Origin: a virus
DNA: 51,657 nucleotides
Strand: one strand, 5' to 3'
Virus record (IMG/VR): IMGVR_UViG_3300045988_164158
Shown in pieces: positions 17,088-25,599 of this stretch (position 1 is its first letter; every line of letters begins with the position of its first letter). Under the pieces are notes generated by a model. It had not been told where the DNA came from and did not search any database. It saw nothing but the letters and a program-made list of their open reading frames with translations. The translations under genes were made by a program, and so were the position numbers.

Positions 17088-17112
17088 TTTTGAATCCTCC
17101 ATAAATTATTAA

Positions 17113-17568
17113 TTAGCCAAAAATTTCAACAATTTGATATTTTTTAATTTTTAACATTTTGCAAAGTGATTCTAACACAAATTTATTATCACCACTGCCG
17201 CCGAAGCTTGGAAAGTTAAAAATTCCCGCGTTGTTAATCGCTTCTTCAAACGCCGCGCTTTGTCTGTTATAACCATAACCGCCCGCGCAACCACTGCCGC
17301 GCGTGTCGACGCCAACGCCGTTGGCGGTTATCCACAAGCAACAATAACTTGTAGATTTAGTGTTATAAAATCTAACGTCAATTGCTTCCACAAAATTCCC
17401 ATTGCAATTTTTTTCTTCGAAATTGAGAACTTTATAACCGGAGGTGAAATTATTTTCTTTTCTGAATTTAACGTTAAATTTTTGCCGGGCTGGGTCAATG
17501 TCAACTTTTATCATTTTTTCATCAGCTGCCCAACATGACGGTTTATTTTTAAATTTAAGTGTTATCAT
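17113..17568 (-). CDS. hypothetical protein (Gly/Cys-rich)
   Basis: ORF. Confidence 0.4.
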   Translation of the reverse strand: MITLKFKNKPSCWAADEKMIKVDIDPARQKFNVKFRKENNFTSGYKVLNFEEKNCNGNFVEAIDVRFYNTKSTSYCCLWITANGVGVDTRGSGCAGGYGYNRQSAAFEEAINNAGIFNFPSFGGSGDNKFVLESLCKMLKIKKYQIVEIFG

Positions 17569-17591
17569 TGTTTTTAACCTCCAAATATGTT

Positions 17592-17894
17592 TTACATTAA
17601 TTTACTATCAACTTGTTCGCGTATAACCGCAATAGCTTCTTGATTTAAAGCCGTTTTTAGCAATTCAACGATAGGACCAATATCCAAATCGCCGCTGAAG
17701 TCTATTATTTGGACAAGTAGCGTCGTCTCTAAAACTCGAGTCCCGTCGGTATGCGTATAAAGCCCCTTGCCCTCTGTTATCGTGCAATCTCCGACAATAC
17801 CGCCAACAATTTTATAAGCATCTGTTGTTAAAATTTCTTGCTGTTTGGTGTCTTTGTCGTTAAGCCCTATATACAAATTAAATTTTGTAAACAT
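17592..17894 (-). CDS. hypothetical protein, first gene downstream of early promoter copy 2
   Basis: ATG at 17894 follows the conserved leader with an AAAGGA Shine-Dalgarno. Confidence 0.45.
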   Translation of the reverse strand: MFTKFNLYIGLNDKDTKQQEILTTDAYKIVGGIVGDCTITEGKGLYTHTDGTRVLETTLLVQIIDFSGDLDIGPIVELLKTALNQEAIAVIREQVDSKLM

Positions 17895-17955
17895 TTTTCG
17901 AATCCTTTCTTTATGTTTATACTTAATATATAACATAAATTATAAATGTTGTCAA
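17895..17955 (-). promoter_or_regulatory. early sigma70-type promoter copy 2 (TTGACA-17-TATATA) plus conserved leader
   Basis: On the minus strand: TTGACA (plus 17950-17955), a 17-nt spacer, then TATATA (17927-17932). Roughly 50 nt are identical to copy 1. Confidence 0.6.
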
Positions 17956-18007
17956 GTGTTTAGTGTTAATTTTTTGGTTAAAAATTATTAAAAGCTGCTG
18001 TTAAAAA

Positions 18008-18056
18008 ACTCGAATCCTCTAAAACCGTTGATATACTTAGGATTCCGAGAGTTGTC
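18008..18056 (-). promoter_or_regulatory. candidate third minus-strand promoter (TTGACA-17-TATATC) embedded in a hairpin (CTCGGAATCCT/AGGATTCGAG) followed by T6. Possible attenuator or insulating terminator.
   Basis: Direct reading of the minus strand. Confidence 0.3.
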
Positions 18057-18070
18057 AATTTGCTTTGCAT

Positions 18071-18275
18071 TGTTGAAACAACAAACAACGACAACTTACA
18101 ACTTTTAAAATGCGAAAAAAAAGTCCTCCAAACCATTAACCAACGCACGCCAACGGAGTTTTATAGTATAAAATGTTTATAGTGTTAAGAGTTTGTATAC
18201 AAGCCAATGGTTTTTAAAGAAGGGGGTACCCCCGGGCTGTTTCGGGCTGCTCTTACCCCAACACCCGAAACACTG
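18071..18275. promoter_or_regulatory. structured divergent intergenic region. It contains ACAAC iteron-like repeats (18071-18101), the 12-bp palindrome GGGGGTACCCCC (18222-18233) and an 8-bp inverted repeat GTTTCGGG/CCCGAAAC (18239-18271). Candidate ori and/or pac/cos site.
   Basis: Direct reading. The elements are GC-rich within an AT-rich spacer between the early and late transcription units, about 1.2 kb upstream of TerS. Confidence 0.3.
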
Positions 18276-18344
18276 AAAACATCAAAAACTCTTGACAACA
18301 TCTAAAGTTTATAATAACATTCATAACAAAAGGAGAAAAAACCC

Positions 18345-19121
18345 ATGTATTTAACGATAGATAGTCCAAACAAATGGCGACTTTATAAAGTGTATGATGA
18401 CAAGGGAGAACTTGTTTATATAAATATAGCGAAGCTCCCTGACATAATTACCCTGCGCAACATTTCCTGCGCAAGGTCTTTCAACCCTTTAACGACATAC
18501 GAAGTTATTATCGAAGAGAAGGAGTATGAAAACAAAATTGATGCGCTGAATGCTCTTACTCGTGCTCGTCCTTACAAAACACCTAAATTTAATCTGGAGG
18601 TTAAAGGGTATATGAATGACAGTCTCATTATCTGCGAGCAGACAAACGAAAAGTTTAAGAATCAAAGCGACGTATGCCAAAGATACGGCATTGACAAATC
18701 GAATTTAAGCAATCATCTGCGTAACAGAGATTTGAAAAAAAACATTAAAGGATTGTCGTTCCATTATTACAATGCGTTGGACGAGCAGAGAGAACTGATG
18801 CGGAAATGGACGCCGCTTATGTTTAATGTGGATCCACAGTATTGGGGAAATTTTGACGCGGATGTGGTTTACATGAGCTATAAATACCGACATCCGCTTG
18901 ATTTAAAATCGATTGACAAGCCGGTGTTCAATTACACGCCGTGGGCGCCTATCATTCCCGACGGCGACGACCCTATCCCGCCTGAAGCGCTTAACTTCCC
19001 CGTCCCGGGACAGGTCCCCTTGCCTGTACGGCACTGCAACCTTCAGGCCTTGTATGCGACAGAGGAGCTGCCGTGGCACAAGCCGGGGAGCAAAAGACCG
19101 CCTATTAAGTTAGACGATTGA
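18345..19121 (+). CDS. homing-endonuclease-like protein with NUMOD1 DNA-binding motif and a degenerate GIY-YIG-like N-terminus
   Basis: KFKNQSDVCQRYGIDKSNLSNHLRNRDLKKNIKGLSFHYY is NUMOD1-like. The N-terminal RLYKVYDDKGELVYIN has GIY-(10)-YIG spacing but lacks the glycines. AGGAG Shine-Dalgarno. The 3' part lies in the GC-rich island. Confidence 0.4.
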   Translation: MYLTIDSPNKWRLYKVYDDKGELVYINIAKLPDIITLRNISCARSFNPLTTYEVIIEEKEYENKIDALNALTRARPYKTPKFNLEVKGYMNDSLIICEQTNEKFKNQSDVCQRYGIDKSNLSNHLRNRDLKKNIKGLSFHYYNALDEQRELMRKWTPLMFNVDPQYWGNFDADVVYMSYKYRHPLDLKSIDKPVFNYTPWAPIIPDGDDPIPPEALNFPVPGQVPLPVRHCNLQALYATEELPWHKPGSKRPPIKLDD

Positions 19122-19136
19122 CTTAGGAGATAAACC

Positions 19137-19496
19137 ATGTTATTAAATAACAGAGATTGGTATATATTTATCAGAGACGGTGAGTACATAGTCGGCAAAC
19201 TGCCTTATGCTCTCAAAGAGGGGAGGGATATAGAGGTGCTGGGTCATGCGACCGCCAAACCTGAGGCTTATCGGCTGCTTGAGATGCTTGTTGGCTATCG
19301 CCCCCTCCGGCGGCACAAACAAGGTGTACCGGTGGAGTGTATAGACACAGGGGAGAGATTTGTCAATGCCAGAGAGGCGTGTGAGAAATATGGAATCTCT
19401 CAGCCTCTTATGAGTTTTCATCTCAGCGGCAAACCTTGCTATGCTACATGCAAGGGGCTGCGCTTTAAATATGTAGACAACGACACAGAGGTATAA
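19137..19496 (+). CDS. NUMOD1-like DNA-binding protein
   Basis: IDTGERFVNAREACEKYGISQPLMSFHLSGKPCYATCKGLRFKY matches NUMOD1. GC-rich. Confidence 0.4.
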   Translation: MLLNNRDWYIFIRDGEYIVGKLPYALKEGRDIEVLGHATAKPEAYRLLEMLVGYRPLRRHKQGVPVECIDTGERFVNAREACEKYGISQPLMSFHLSGKPCYATCKGLRFKYVDNDTEV

Positions 19497-20113
19497 TGAC
19501 ATCCTGTTATCCTACAAGTGCTTATGACATGATAACCGAGGCGGAGAGAGCCGTGCTCGAGGAGTATGTTAGCTATGCCGTGACAGAGCAGCAGCGCAAA
19601 CATCAACGGGTAGACCTCGCGCTTAATCTTCCGGTGCCTGCCGAGTTCATGCGCAAGGGGAGAGAGTGCTTTGCCAAGCCTGTGGTGCTTGCGGCATTGC
19701 GTGAGCGCCTGCTTGAGGAGAGTGCCAGACGCGACATATCGCCTGACAGAGTGATAAGAGAATACGGCAAAATAGCTTTCAGTGACATAAGCGACTATCT
19801 TGAGCAAGGGTCATGGGGGACCGTGCAACTGAAAGACTTTGCGAATATTTCGGCTGATAAACTCGGAGCAATCAAAAGTGTAGAGACACGTATGGGGAGC
19901 AATGGTGCGACACAGGTCAAACTCGTGTTGCATGACAAATTTCCGGCGCTTAAGGCGCTTGCCGAGCTTATGGGGCTGGTAGCTCCTGACGCTCCTCCGG
20001 CGCTTGAAGGCTATGTCAAACAAGAGATACGGTCGATGGAGCAAGCGGCGCTGCAAGCTCCTGAGGCAGAGTATGAGGAGCTGCTGGAGGAGGTCAACCG
20101 TGGGGACGACTAG
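19496..20113 (+). CDS. terS: terminase small subunit (Terminase_2/P27-like)
   Basis: Located directly upstream of TerL. ISPDRVIREYGKIAFSDISDY...FPALKALAELMGL resembles P27-family TerS. Confidence 0.6.
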   Translation: MTSCYPTSAYDMITEAERAVLEEYVSYAVTEQQRKHQRVDLALNLPVPAEFMRKGRECFAKPVVLAALRERLLEESARRDISPDRVIREYGKIAFSDISDYLEQGSWGTVQLKDFANISADKLGAIKSVETRMGSNGATQVKLVLHDKFPALKALAELMGLVAPDAPPALEGYVKQEIRSMEQAALQAPEAEYEELLEEVNRGDD

Positions 20114-20117
20114 CAGC

Positions 20118-21842
20118 ATGAGAGCGTTGACGGCTGCGCGCGCATCAACTGGACCAGTGCGCCCTTGGCATCCTCAACCGCTCGACAACGGCACATGGCC
20201 TCCTGACTACAAAGCGGTGTACGCATGGCGGACAGCTATGCTCCGCAGGCTTCGCTCAACGCCCGGTGCGCTTGAGGCGGCCCGGGCTTATTATAGTACA
20301 CGGCCGGGCAATTTTATAATGGACTGGATAGACACATATGACCCGAGACGTCAACAGGACAAATGGGTGCCTTTCATCTTCTTCAAACGCCAACAGGAGG
20401 TGATAGACTTTTTTGAGAGCTGTGCGGCAGACAGAGAGAGCGGGCTGGTGGAGAAATGCAGGGACTTCGGCTTGACATGGCTTGCTTGCGCTTATTCCGT
20501 ATGGCGATGGCTTTTTATTAAAAATGATGCTGTCGGGTGGGGGAGTCGCAAAGAAACGCTTGTCGACAAACCCGGAGACCCGGACAGTATATTTGAGAAG
20601 ATAAGACTTATTTTACACAGACTTCCGCGCATTTGGCTGCCTGAAGGCTTTAGCTTCGGGCGCAATTGTACTTATATGAAATTGCTTAATCCGGCTACTG
20701 GCGCCATTATTGCCGGAGAGGCCGGTGACAATATCGGCCGTGGTGGTCGACGGAGTTGTTATTTTTTAGACGAAGCAGCGCATTTGGAGAGAGCGGAGAA
20801 AGTAGAAGCGGCTTTAGGGGACAATACTAATGTCCGTATCGATATTTCATCGGTCAACGGCGTCGGTAATGTTTTTCATCGGAGACGCGAGAATGGTATT
20901 GTATGGACCCCGGAGCGAAAGGAGTATCCAATCGGTTATGTCAGGGTGTTTGTAGCAGATTGGCGAGACCATCCGACTAAAACGCAAGAATGGTATGACG
21001 CTCGTAAAGCTCGATATGAACGAGAGGGTATGGCACATATTTTTGCACAGGAGGTTGATAGGAATTATGCAGCTGCCGTAAGCAATACTGTTATCGTTTA
21101 CGAATGGATATTGGCGGCTGTCGACGCGCATATCAAACTTCCGTGGCTGGGAGAAGCTGTAGAAGCACATAAAAACGAATGGACGGCCGGGCTTGATATA
21201 GCAGACGAGGGAAATGACCGTAACGCTTTAGCCATGCGGGAATATGTCGTGTGGCGTCAAGTGGATGAATGGGGCGAGAGAGATCCGGGGATTTCCGCTC
21301 GCAAGGCTGTATTGGCATGTCGCCCACATGCGGGAAATATTACTTGTCAATATGACTGTATCGGTGTAGGAGCGGGTGTTAAAACAGAGTACAACAGACT
21401 TGCGATAGACGACGAGGTAATAGATGCAAAACGCATACCTTTTATTCCGTGGAATGCGGGCGCTGCTGTAGAAAGACCTTTTGAAAGAATTATACCTGAT
21501 GATAATGAAAGCTTGCAAAATAAAGATTTTTTTGATAATTTGAAAGCACAAGCTTGGTGGTCTATGCGCACAAGATTTTATAAAACCTATAAAGCTGTAA
21601 CGGAAGGTGTAAGATATAAACCGGAAGAACTTATATCTATAGACAGTTCAATGCAGCTTTTGGAACAGGTAAAAAAAGAACTTATGCAACCGACGGTCGG
21701 ATATAGTTCTCGGCTTAAAATGTTGATAGAAAAGAAACCGAACGGGATGAGATCGCCTAACTTAGCTGACAGTGGTGTTATGGCTTTCTTTCCTCTGTCG
21801 GAGAATACAAATTACAGTGTGGTTGGTTCATATGGGATATAA
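20118..21842 (+). CDS. terL: terminase large subunit
   Basis: Walker B-like SCYFLDEAAH with ATPase architecture, followed by a nuclease half. Precedes the portal gene. ATG at 20118 sits 5 nt after the TerS stop. Confidence 0.85.
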   Translation: MRALTAARASTGPVRPWHPQPLDNGTWPPDYKAVYAWRTAMLRRLRSTPGALEAARAYYSTRPGNFIMDWIDTYDPRRQQDKWVPFIFFKRQQEVIDFFESCAADRESGLVEKCRDFGLTWLACAYSVWRWLFIKNDAVGWGSRKETLVDKPGDPDSIFEKIRLILHRLPRIWLPEGFSFGRNCTYMKLLNPATGAIIAGEAGDNIGRGGRRSCYFLDEAAHLERAEKVEAALGDNTNVRIDISSVNGVGNVFHRRRENGIVWTPERKEYPIGYVRVFVADWRDHPTKTQEWYDARKARYEREGMAHIFAQEVDRNYAAAVSNTVIVYEWILAAVDAHIKLPWLGEAVEAHKNEWTAGLDIADEGNDRNALAMREYVVWRQVDEWGERDPGISARKAVLACRPHAGNITCQYDCIGVGAGVKTEYNRLAIDDEVIDAKRIPFIPWNAGAAVERPFERIIPDDNESLQNKDFFDNLKAQAWWSMRTRFYKTYKAVTEGVRYKPEELISIDSSMQLLEQVKKELMQPTVGYSSRLKMLIEKKPNGMRSPNLADSGVMAFFPLSENTNYSVVGSYGI

Positions 21843-21844
21843 AC

Positions 21845-23323
21845 ATGGTTAAAAAATCAGAGATGTTAAAACGGTCGCCGGATATTGAATGTATGGTGCC
21901 GTATTGGGATAAAGTAACAGATATTCTCAATGGAAAAGAAGCTATAAAATCTGCCGGAACGGCTTATATGCCCGCATTCCCTGACGAAACAAGCAAAGAT
22001 TATAATTTCAGATTGCAAATCAGTAAGTTTACGAACATTTATCGTGATGTTGTTGAAGGTCTCGCTAGTAAACCGTTTCAAAATGAAATAACACTTTTGG
22101 GTGGTAATAACATTTCAAAAGAATTGCTTGATTTTGTTGAGAATGTAGACGGAGCGGGTAATAATCTAACAAGTTTTGCGGCTTTGACATTTTTTAACGG
22201 TATTAATTATGCTCTTGATTGGATATTCATTGATTATCCTTCTATACCAAATTCTGAAGTTATTACGGTTGCTGAAGCTAAAAATATGAATTTACGCCCG
22301 TTTTGGGTACATATTTTAGCTAAAAACGTGCTTGAAATTAAAACGGAAATGCAAGGTTCAGAACAGATTATAACATACTTTAAACACATGGAACCGGGTT
22401 TTGGAAATGACCCCATGCACGTCAGAGAGTTCGTTAAAAATAAGAACGGGCAAATTGAATGGAAACTTTATGTTGAAGTAACAAATGATAAAAATGAAAC
22501 AGAATTTGTTGTAGAACAGGAAGGAGTGTTAAGCATTGATTTTATCCCGATGGTGCCGTTTGTAACTGGTCGTCGGGATGGTAAAAGTTTTAAGTTTTAT
22601 CCGCCGATGTCAGATGCTGCAGATTTGCAGATAACACTTTATCAGAATGAATCAGCTCTTGAATATATTAAAATGCTTACAAGTTATCCAATGCTTGCAA
22701 CGGATGGAACAAAAGTACCAATGGAAGCCGATGGTAAAACCCCTAAGAAAGTTGCGGTAGGTCCTAACAGAGTTCTTTATGGTGTACCGCAGGATAACGG
22801 TATCGGAGGCAGTTGGAAGTATGTTGAACCGCAGGCAAATAGTTTGGAATTTTTGCAGAAAAATATTGACAAAACTAAAAACGACCTGCGTGAACTGGGT
22901 CGTCAACCGCTTACTGCGCTGTCAACTCAGTTGACGACAGTTACAACTTCTATTGCTGCCGGTAAAGCCAAATCCGCGGTTACAGCATGGTGTTTTAATC
23001 TTAAAGATACTTTGGAAAATGCTTTATTGGTGACAATGAAGTGGATGAAATCGAATCTTGAACCGGAGGTTAATGTTTATACTGGTTTTGACAATGTACT
23101 TGATAATGAACAAGATGTTGAAGAACTAGGTAAAGCTCGAGAACGCGGGGATATTTCAATAGAAACTTATTGGGAAGAATTAAAAAGACGTAAAGTTCTT
23201 TCCCCTGAATTTGATATTGAAATAGAGAAAAAAAGATTACTCGAAGATATTCCGGTAGATGAACCGGATATTAATTCTGGAAATAAAGCAATTGATAATC
23301 TTAACCAAAAAGAGGAAATGTAA
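21845..23323 (+). CDS. portal protein (by position and size)
   Basis: 492-aa ORF immediately after TerL and before the scaffold and capsid genes. Confidence 0.55.
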   Translation: MVKKSEMLKRSPDIECMVPYWDKVTDILNGKEAIKSAGTAYMPAFPDETSKDYNFRLQISKFTNIYRDVVEGLASKPFQNEITLLGGNNISKELLDFVENVDGAGNNLTSFAALTFFNGINYALDWIFIDYPSIPNSEVITVAEAKNMNLRPFWVHILAKNVLEIKTEMQGSEQIITYFKHMEPGFGNDPMHVREFVKNKNGQIEWKLYVEVTNDKNETEFVVEQEGVLSIDFIPMVPFVTGRRDGKSFKFYPPMSDAADLQITLYQNESALEYIKMLTSYPMLATDGTKVPMEADGKTPKKVAVGPNRVLYGVPQDNGIGGSWKYVEPQANSLEFLQKNIDKTKNDLRELGRQPLTALSTQLTTVTTSIAAGKAKSAVTAWCFNLKDTLENALLVTMKWMKSNLEPEVNVYTGFDNVLDNEQDVEELGKARERGDISIETYWEELKRRKVLSPEFDIEIEKKRLLEDIPVDEPDINSGNKAIDNLNQKEEM

Positions 23324-24081
23324 TGAGTAGAGGATGGAAATTTGATGATGCTGGAAATATTATTGTAAAAGATGGTAATCCGGTTTACATTAACACAAAC
23401 GGCGATGAACAAACTGTATCCGTAGATACTATTGCCAATTTGAACAGAGAAGCAAGGGATAACAGACTTGCAAAAGAAGAAGCTTTAGACAAGCTTAAAG
23501 TTTTTGAAGGTATTGACCCTGTAAAAGCTCGTGAAGCTTTAGATGCTTTTAATAAAATTGATAGCAATAAACTCATTGAAGCAGGCAAAGTAGATGAGCT
23601 TAAAGCTCAAATTACTTCTCAGTTTCAAACTCAGATTGATGAAAAAACCAAAGCTTTAAGTGAGTTACAGAGTAAATATGAAAATATGATTATTAACAAT
23701 GTATTCGCAAACAGCGATTTTATTCGCAATAATGTTGCCGTCCCGAGAGATATGTTTGAAGCTAAGTTTCGTGAGAATTTTAAAGTTGAGAATGGTCAAG
23801 TTGTTGTTTACGGTAACGACGGAAATCGTTTGTACAGCAAAGAACATGCTGGCGAATATGCAACCCCGGAAGAAGGTTTGCGGATTTTAACTGAAAATCA
23901 TCCTCAGCATGAGAGTATTCTTCGTGCTAATGCAGGGAATGGTACAGGAAGTTCTGGGGCTGGCGGCAGTACCGGTAGTTCACGGTATATGCAACGAGCA
24001 CTTTTTGAAAAACTTTCGCCTCAGCAGCAGTTGGAATATGCTAAGAAAATGGCAAATGGTGAAATTACCTTGACAGATTAG
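23323..24081 (+). CDS. scaffolding protein (coiled-coil, between portal and capsid)
   Basis: Position. Helical, charged sequence. ATGA overlap with the portal gene. Confidence 0.5.
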   Translation: MSRGWKFDDAGNIIVKDGNPVYINTNGDEQTVSVDTIANLNREARDNRLAKEEALDKLKVFEGIDPVKAREALDAFNKIDSNKLIEAGKVDELKAQITSQFQTQIDEKTKALSELQSKYENMIINNVFANSDFIRNNVAVPRDMFEAKFRENFKVENGQVVVYGNDGNRLYSKEHAGEYATPEEGLRILTENHPQHESILRANAGNGTGSSGAGGSTGSSRYMQRALFEKLSPQQQLEYAKKMANGEITLTD

Positions 24082-24125
24082 AAAGTAACTGTTAAAGTAT
24101 AATTGCTTTTTTCTAGGATTAGATA

Positions 24126-24217
24126 AGCGCATCAGGTTGGATGACCTATATCAATCAATCGGTGCGCTTTTTTTACGCACCAAATAAAGTTTAACAAAAT
24201 TTGAAAGGTGCTGATTT
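24126..24217 (+). promoter_or_regulatory. conserved late 5'-leader element, copy A (AGGTTGGATGACCTA..AATCAATCAATCGGTGCGC-T7-ACGCACCAAATAAA...TTTGAAAGGTGCT-ATG)
   Basis: About 80 of 90 nt are identical to the copy at 28329-28409. It contains the stem-loop GGTGCG/CGCACC with a T-rich loop and a shared Shine-Dalgarno, GAAAGGTG. A TATAAT lies at 24098-24103 upstream. Confidence 0.55.
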
Positions 24218-25363
24218 ATGAGCAATATTTTGACTAAACTCATCCCTGACCTGTATCAGAATTTGGATGAAGTTTCTCGTGAGCTTACCGGTTTTTTGCC
24301 GTCTGTAGCTCGTAATTCTTCCGCCGTCCGTGCTGCTCTTGGTGAATCTGTTATTGTACCGGTAAGTACGGCTATGGAATCTGGTAATGTTACTCCGTCT
24401 ATGACTGTTCCTGAACCGGAAGATTTTACCATGGATAACGTTGCGATTCAGATTACGAAATCTCGTAATGTTTCCTTTGGTTTGACCGGTGAAGAATTTC
24501 AGGGTGTTAACAATGGTGTTGGAGCTAATTATATTCTCGGTGAAAACATCAAGCAGGCCGTTCGTACGTTGGTTAATGAAATGGAGAAAGATGTAGCGAT
24601 CGAAGCTGCTGTCGGCAGTTCTCGCGCATTTGGTACGGCTGGAAGTACCCCGTTTGCAAGTGATTTGACCGATGCTGCTCACATTAAGAAAATTCTTGAT
24701 GATAACGGAGCACCGATGGGTGGACGTTCTTTAATTATCGACAGTACCGCTGGTGTTAATCTTCGTTCTTTGACTCAGTTGACTAATGTTGGTGATGCTG
24801 GTACCAATATGACCTTGCGTCAGGGTGAACTGCTGAATCTTTTTGGTTTTTCCATCAAAGAGTCAGCTGGTATTTACAATGTTGCTCAGTCGTCTATTGA
24901 AGGCGTTACGCTTAGTGCCGCTGAAATCGGTGCTAATGAACTGACGATTAAAGCAGCTACTTCTGGTTCTCTGAAAGCCGGGGATGTTATTACCATCGCT
25001 GGTGACGATAATAAATATGTCGTTGCTGAATCTAATTCTTCCCTGTCTGCCGGTAATAAAATTAAAATTGCCAAACCGGGATTGCTTCATGCAGTTGCTG
25101 ACGGTTCTTCAGTTACTGTCGTTGCCGCTTCTGCTCGAAACATTGCTTTTACGAAGAACGCTATTCAGTTGGTTACTCGTGCTCCTGCCCTTCCGGCCGG
25201 GCGTGATGCAGCTATCGATAGTTACATTCTGACCGACTCACGTTCGGGTATGGCTTTTGAAGTCCGTGTATATCAGGGCTACAGAAAGATGCGTATGGAA
25301 GTTGCCTGCGCATGGGGTGTTAAGGTTATTAAACCTGAACACGTCGCAACCTTGCTTGGTTAA
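24218..25363 (+). CDS. major capsid protein (HK97-fold, inferred)
   Basis: Position after the scaffold gene. 381 aa. Codon usage typical of a highly expressed gene. Preceded by the conserved leader and followed by a strong terminator. Confidence 0.65.
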   Translation: MSNILTKLIPDLYQNLDEVSRELTGFLPSVARNSSAVRAALGESVIVPVSTAMESGNVTPSMTVPEPEDFTMDNVAIQITKSRNVSFGLTGEEFQGVNNGVGANYILGENIKQAVRTLVNEMEKDVAIEAAVGSSRAFGTAGSTPFASDLTDAAHIKKILDDNGAPMGGRSLIIDSTAGVNLRSLTQLTNVGDAGTNMTLRQGELLNLFGFSIKESAGIYNVAQSSIEGVTLSAAEIGANELTIKAATSGSLKAGDVITIAGDDNKYVVAESNSSLSAGNKIKIAKPGLLHAVADGSSVTVVAASARNIAFTKNAIQLVTRAPALPAGRDAAIDSYILTDSRSGMAFEVRVYQGYRKMRMEVACAWGVKVIKPEHVATLLG

Positions 25364-25373
25364 GGTAAAAAAA

Positions 25374-25406
25374 GGGGGGCGGGTTTCCCCGTTCCCCTGA
25401 TTTTTT
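25374..25406 (+). terminator. rho-independent terminator after the capsid gene
   Basis: GGGGGGCGGG-TTTC-CCCGTTCCCC stem followed by TGATTTTTT. Confidence 0.6.
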
Positions 25407-25413
25407 ATGGAGA

Positions 25414-25599
25414 ATGAAAATGACTGTTTTACCGATTATGAAAGTGAAACATAAAAAATACGGGATTGAAATGATTATCAATCAGTCTGATTTTGACGAA
25501 ACCGTTCATGAAAATTTGACTAAAAAACCTGTCGAATCAAAAAAGAAAAAAGCTGATAAAATTGATGATGAACTGAAAGCCCTTATGGGAGAAGAATGA
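25414..25599 (+). CDS. small hypothetical virion-module protein
   Basis: ORF with GGAGA Shine-Dalgarno. The true start may be the second ATG (25420). Confidence 0.3.
   Translation: MKMTVLPIMKVKHKKYGIEMIINQSDFDETVHENLTKKPVESKKKKADKIDDELKALMGEE

Noticed and set aside
24070-24103. TTGACA-22nt-TATAAT arrangement upstream of both conserved leaders (also 28277-28310)
   Set aside because: The 22-nt spacing is non-functional for sigma70. The TTGACA hexamers lie in the coding ends of upstream genes. Only the TATAAT boxes are retained as possible late -10 elements.
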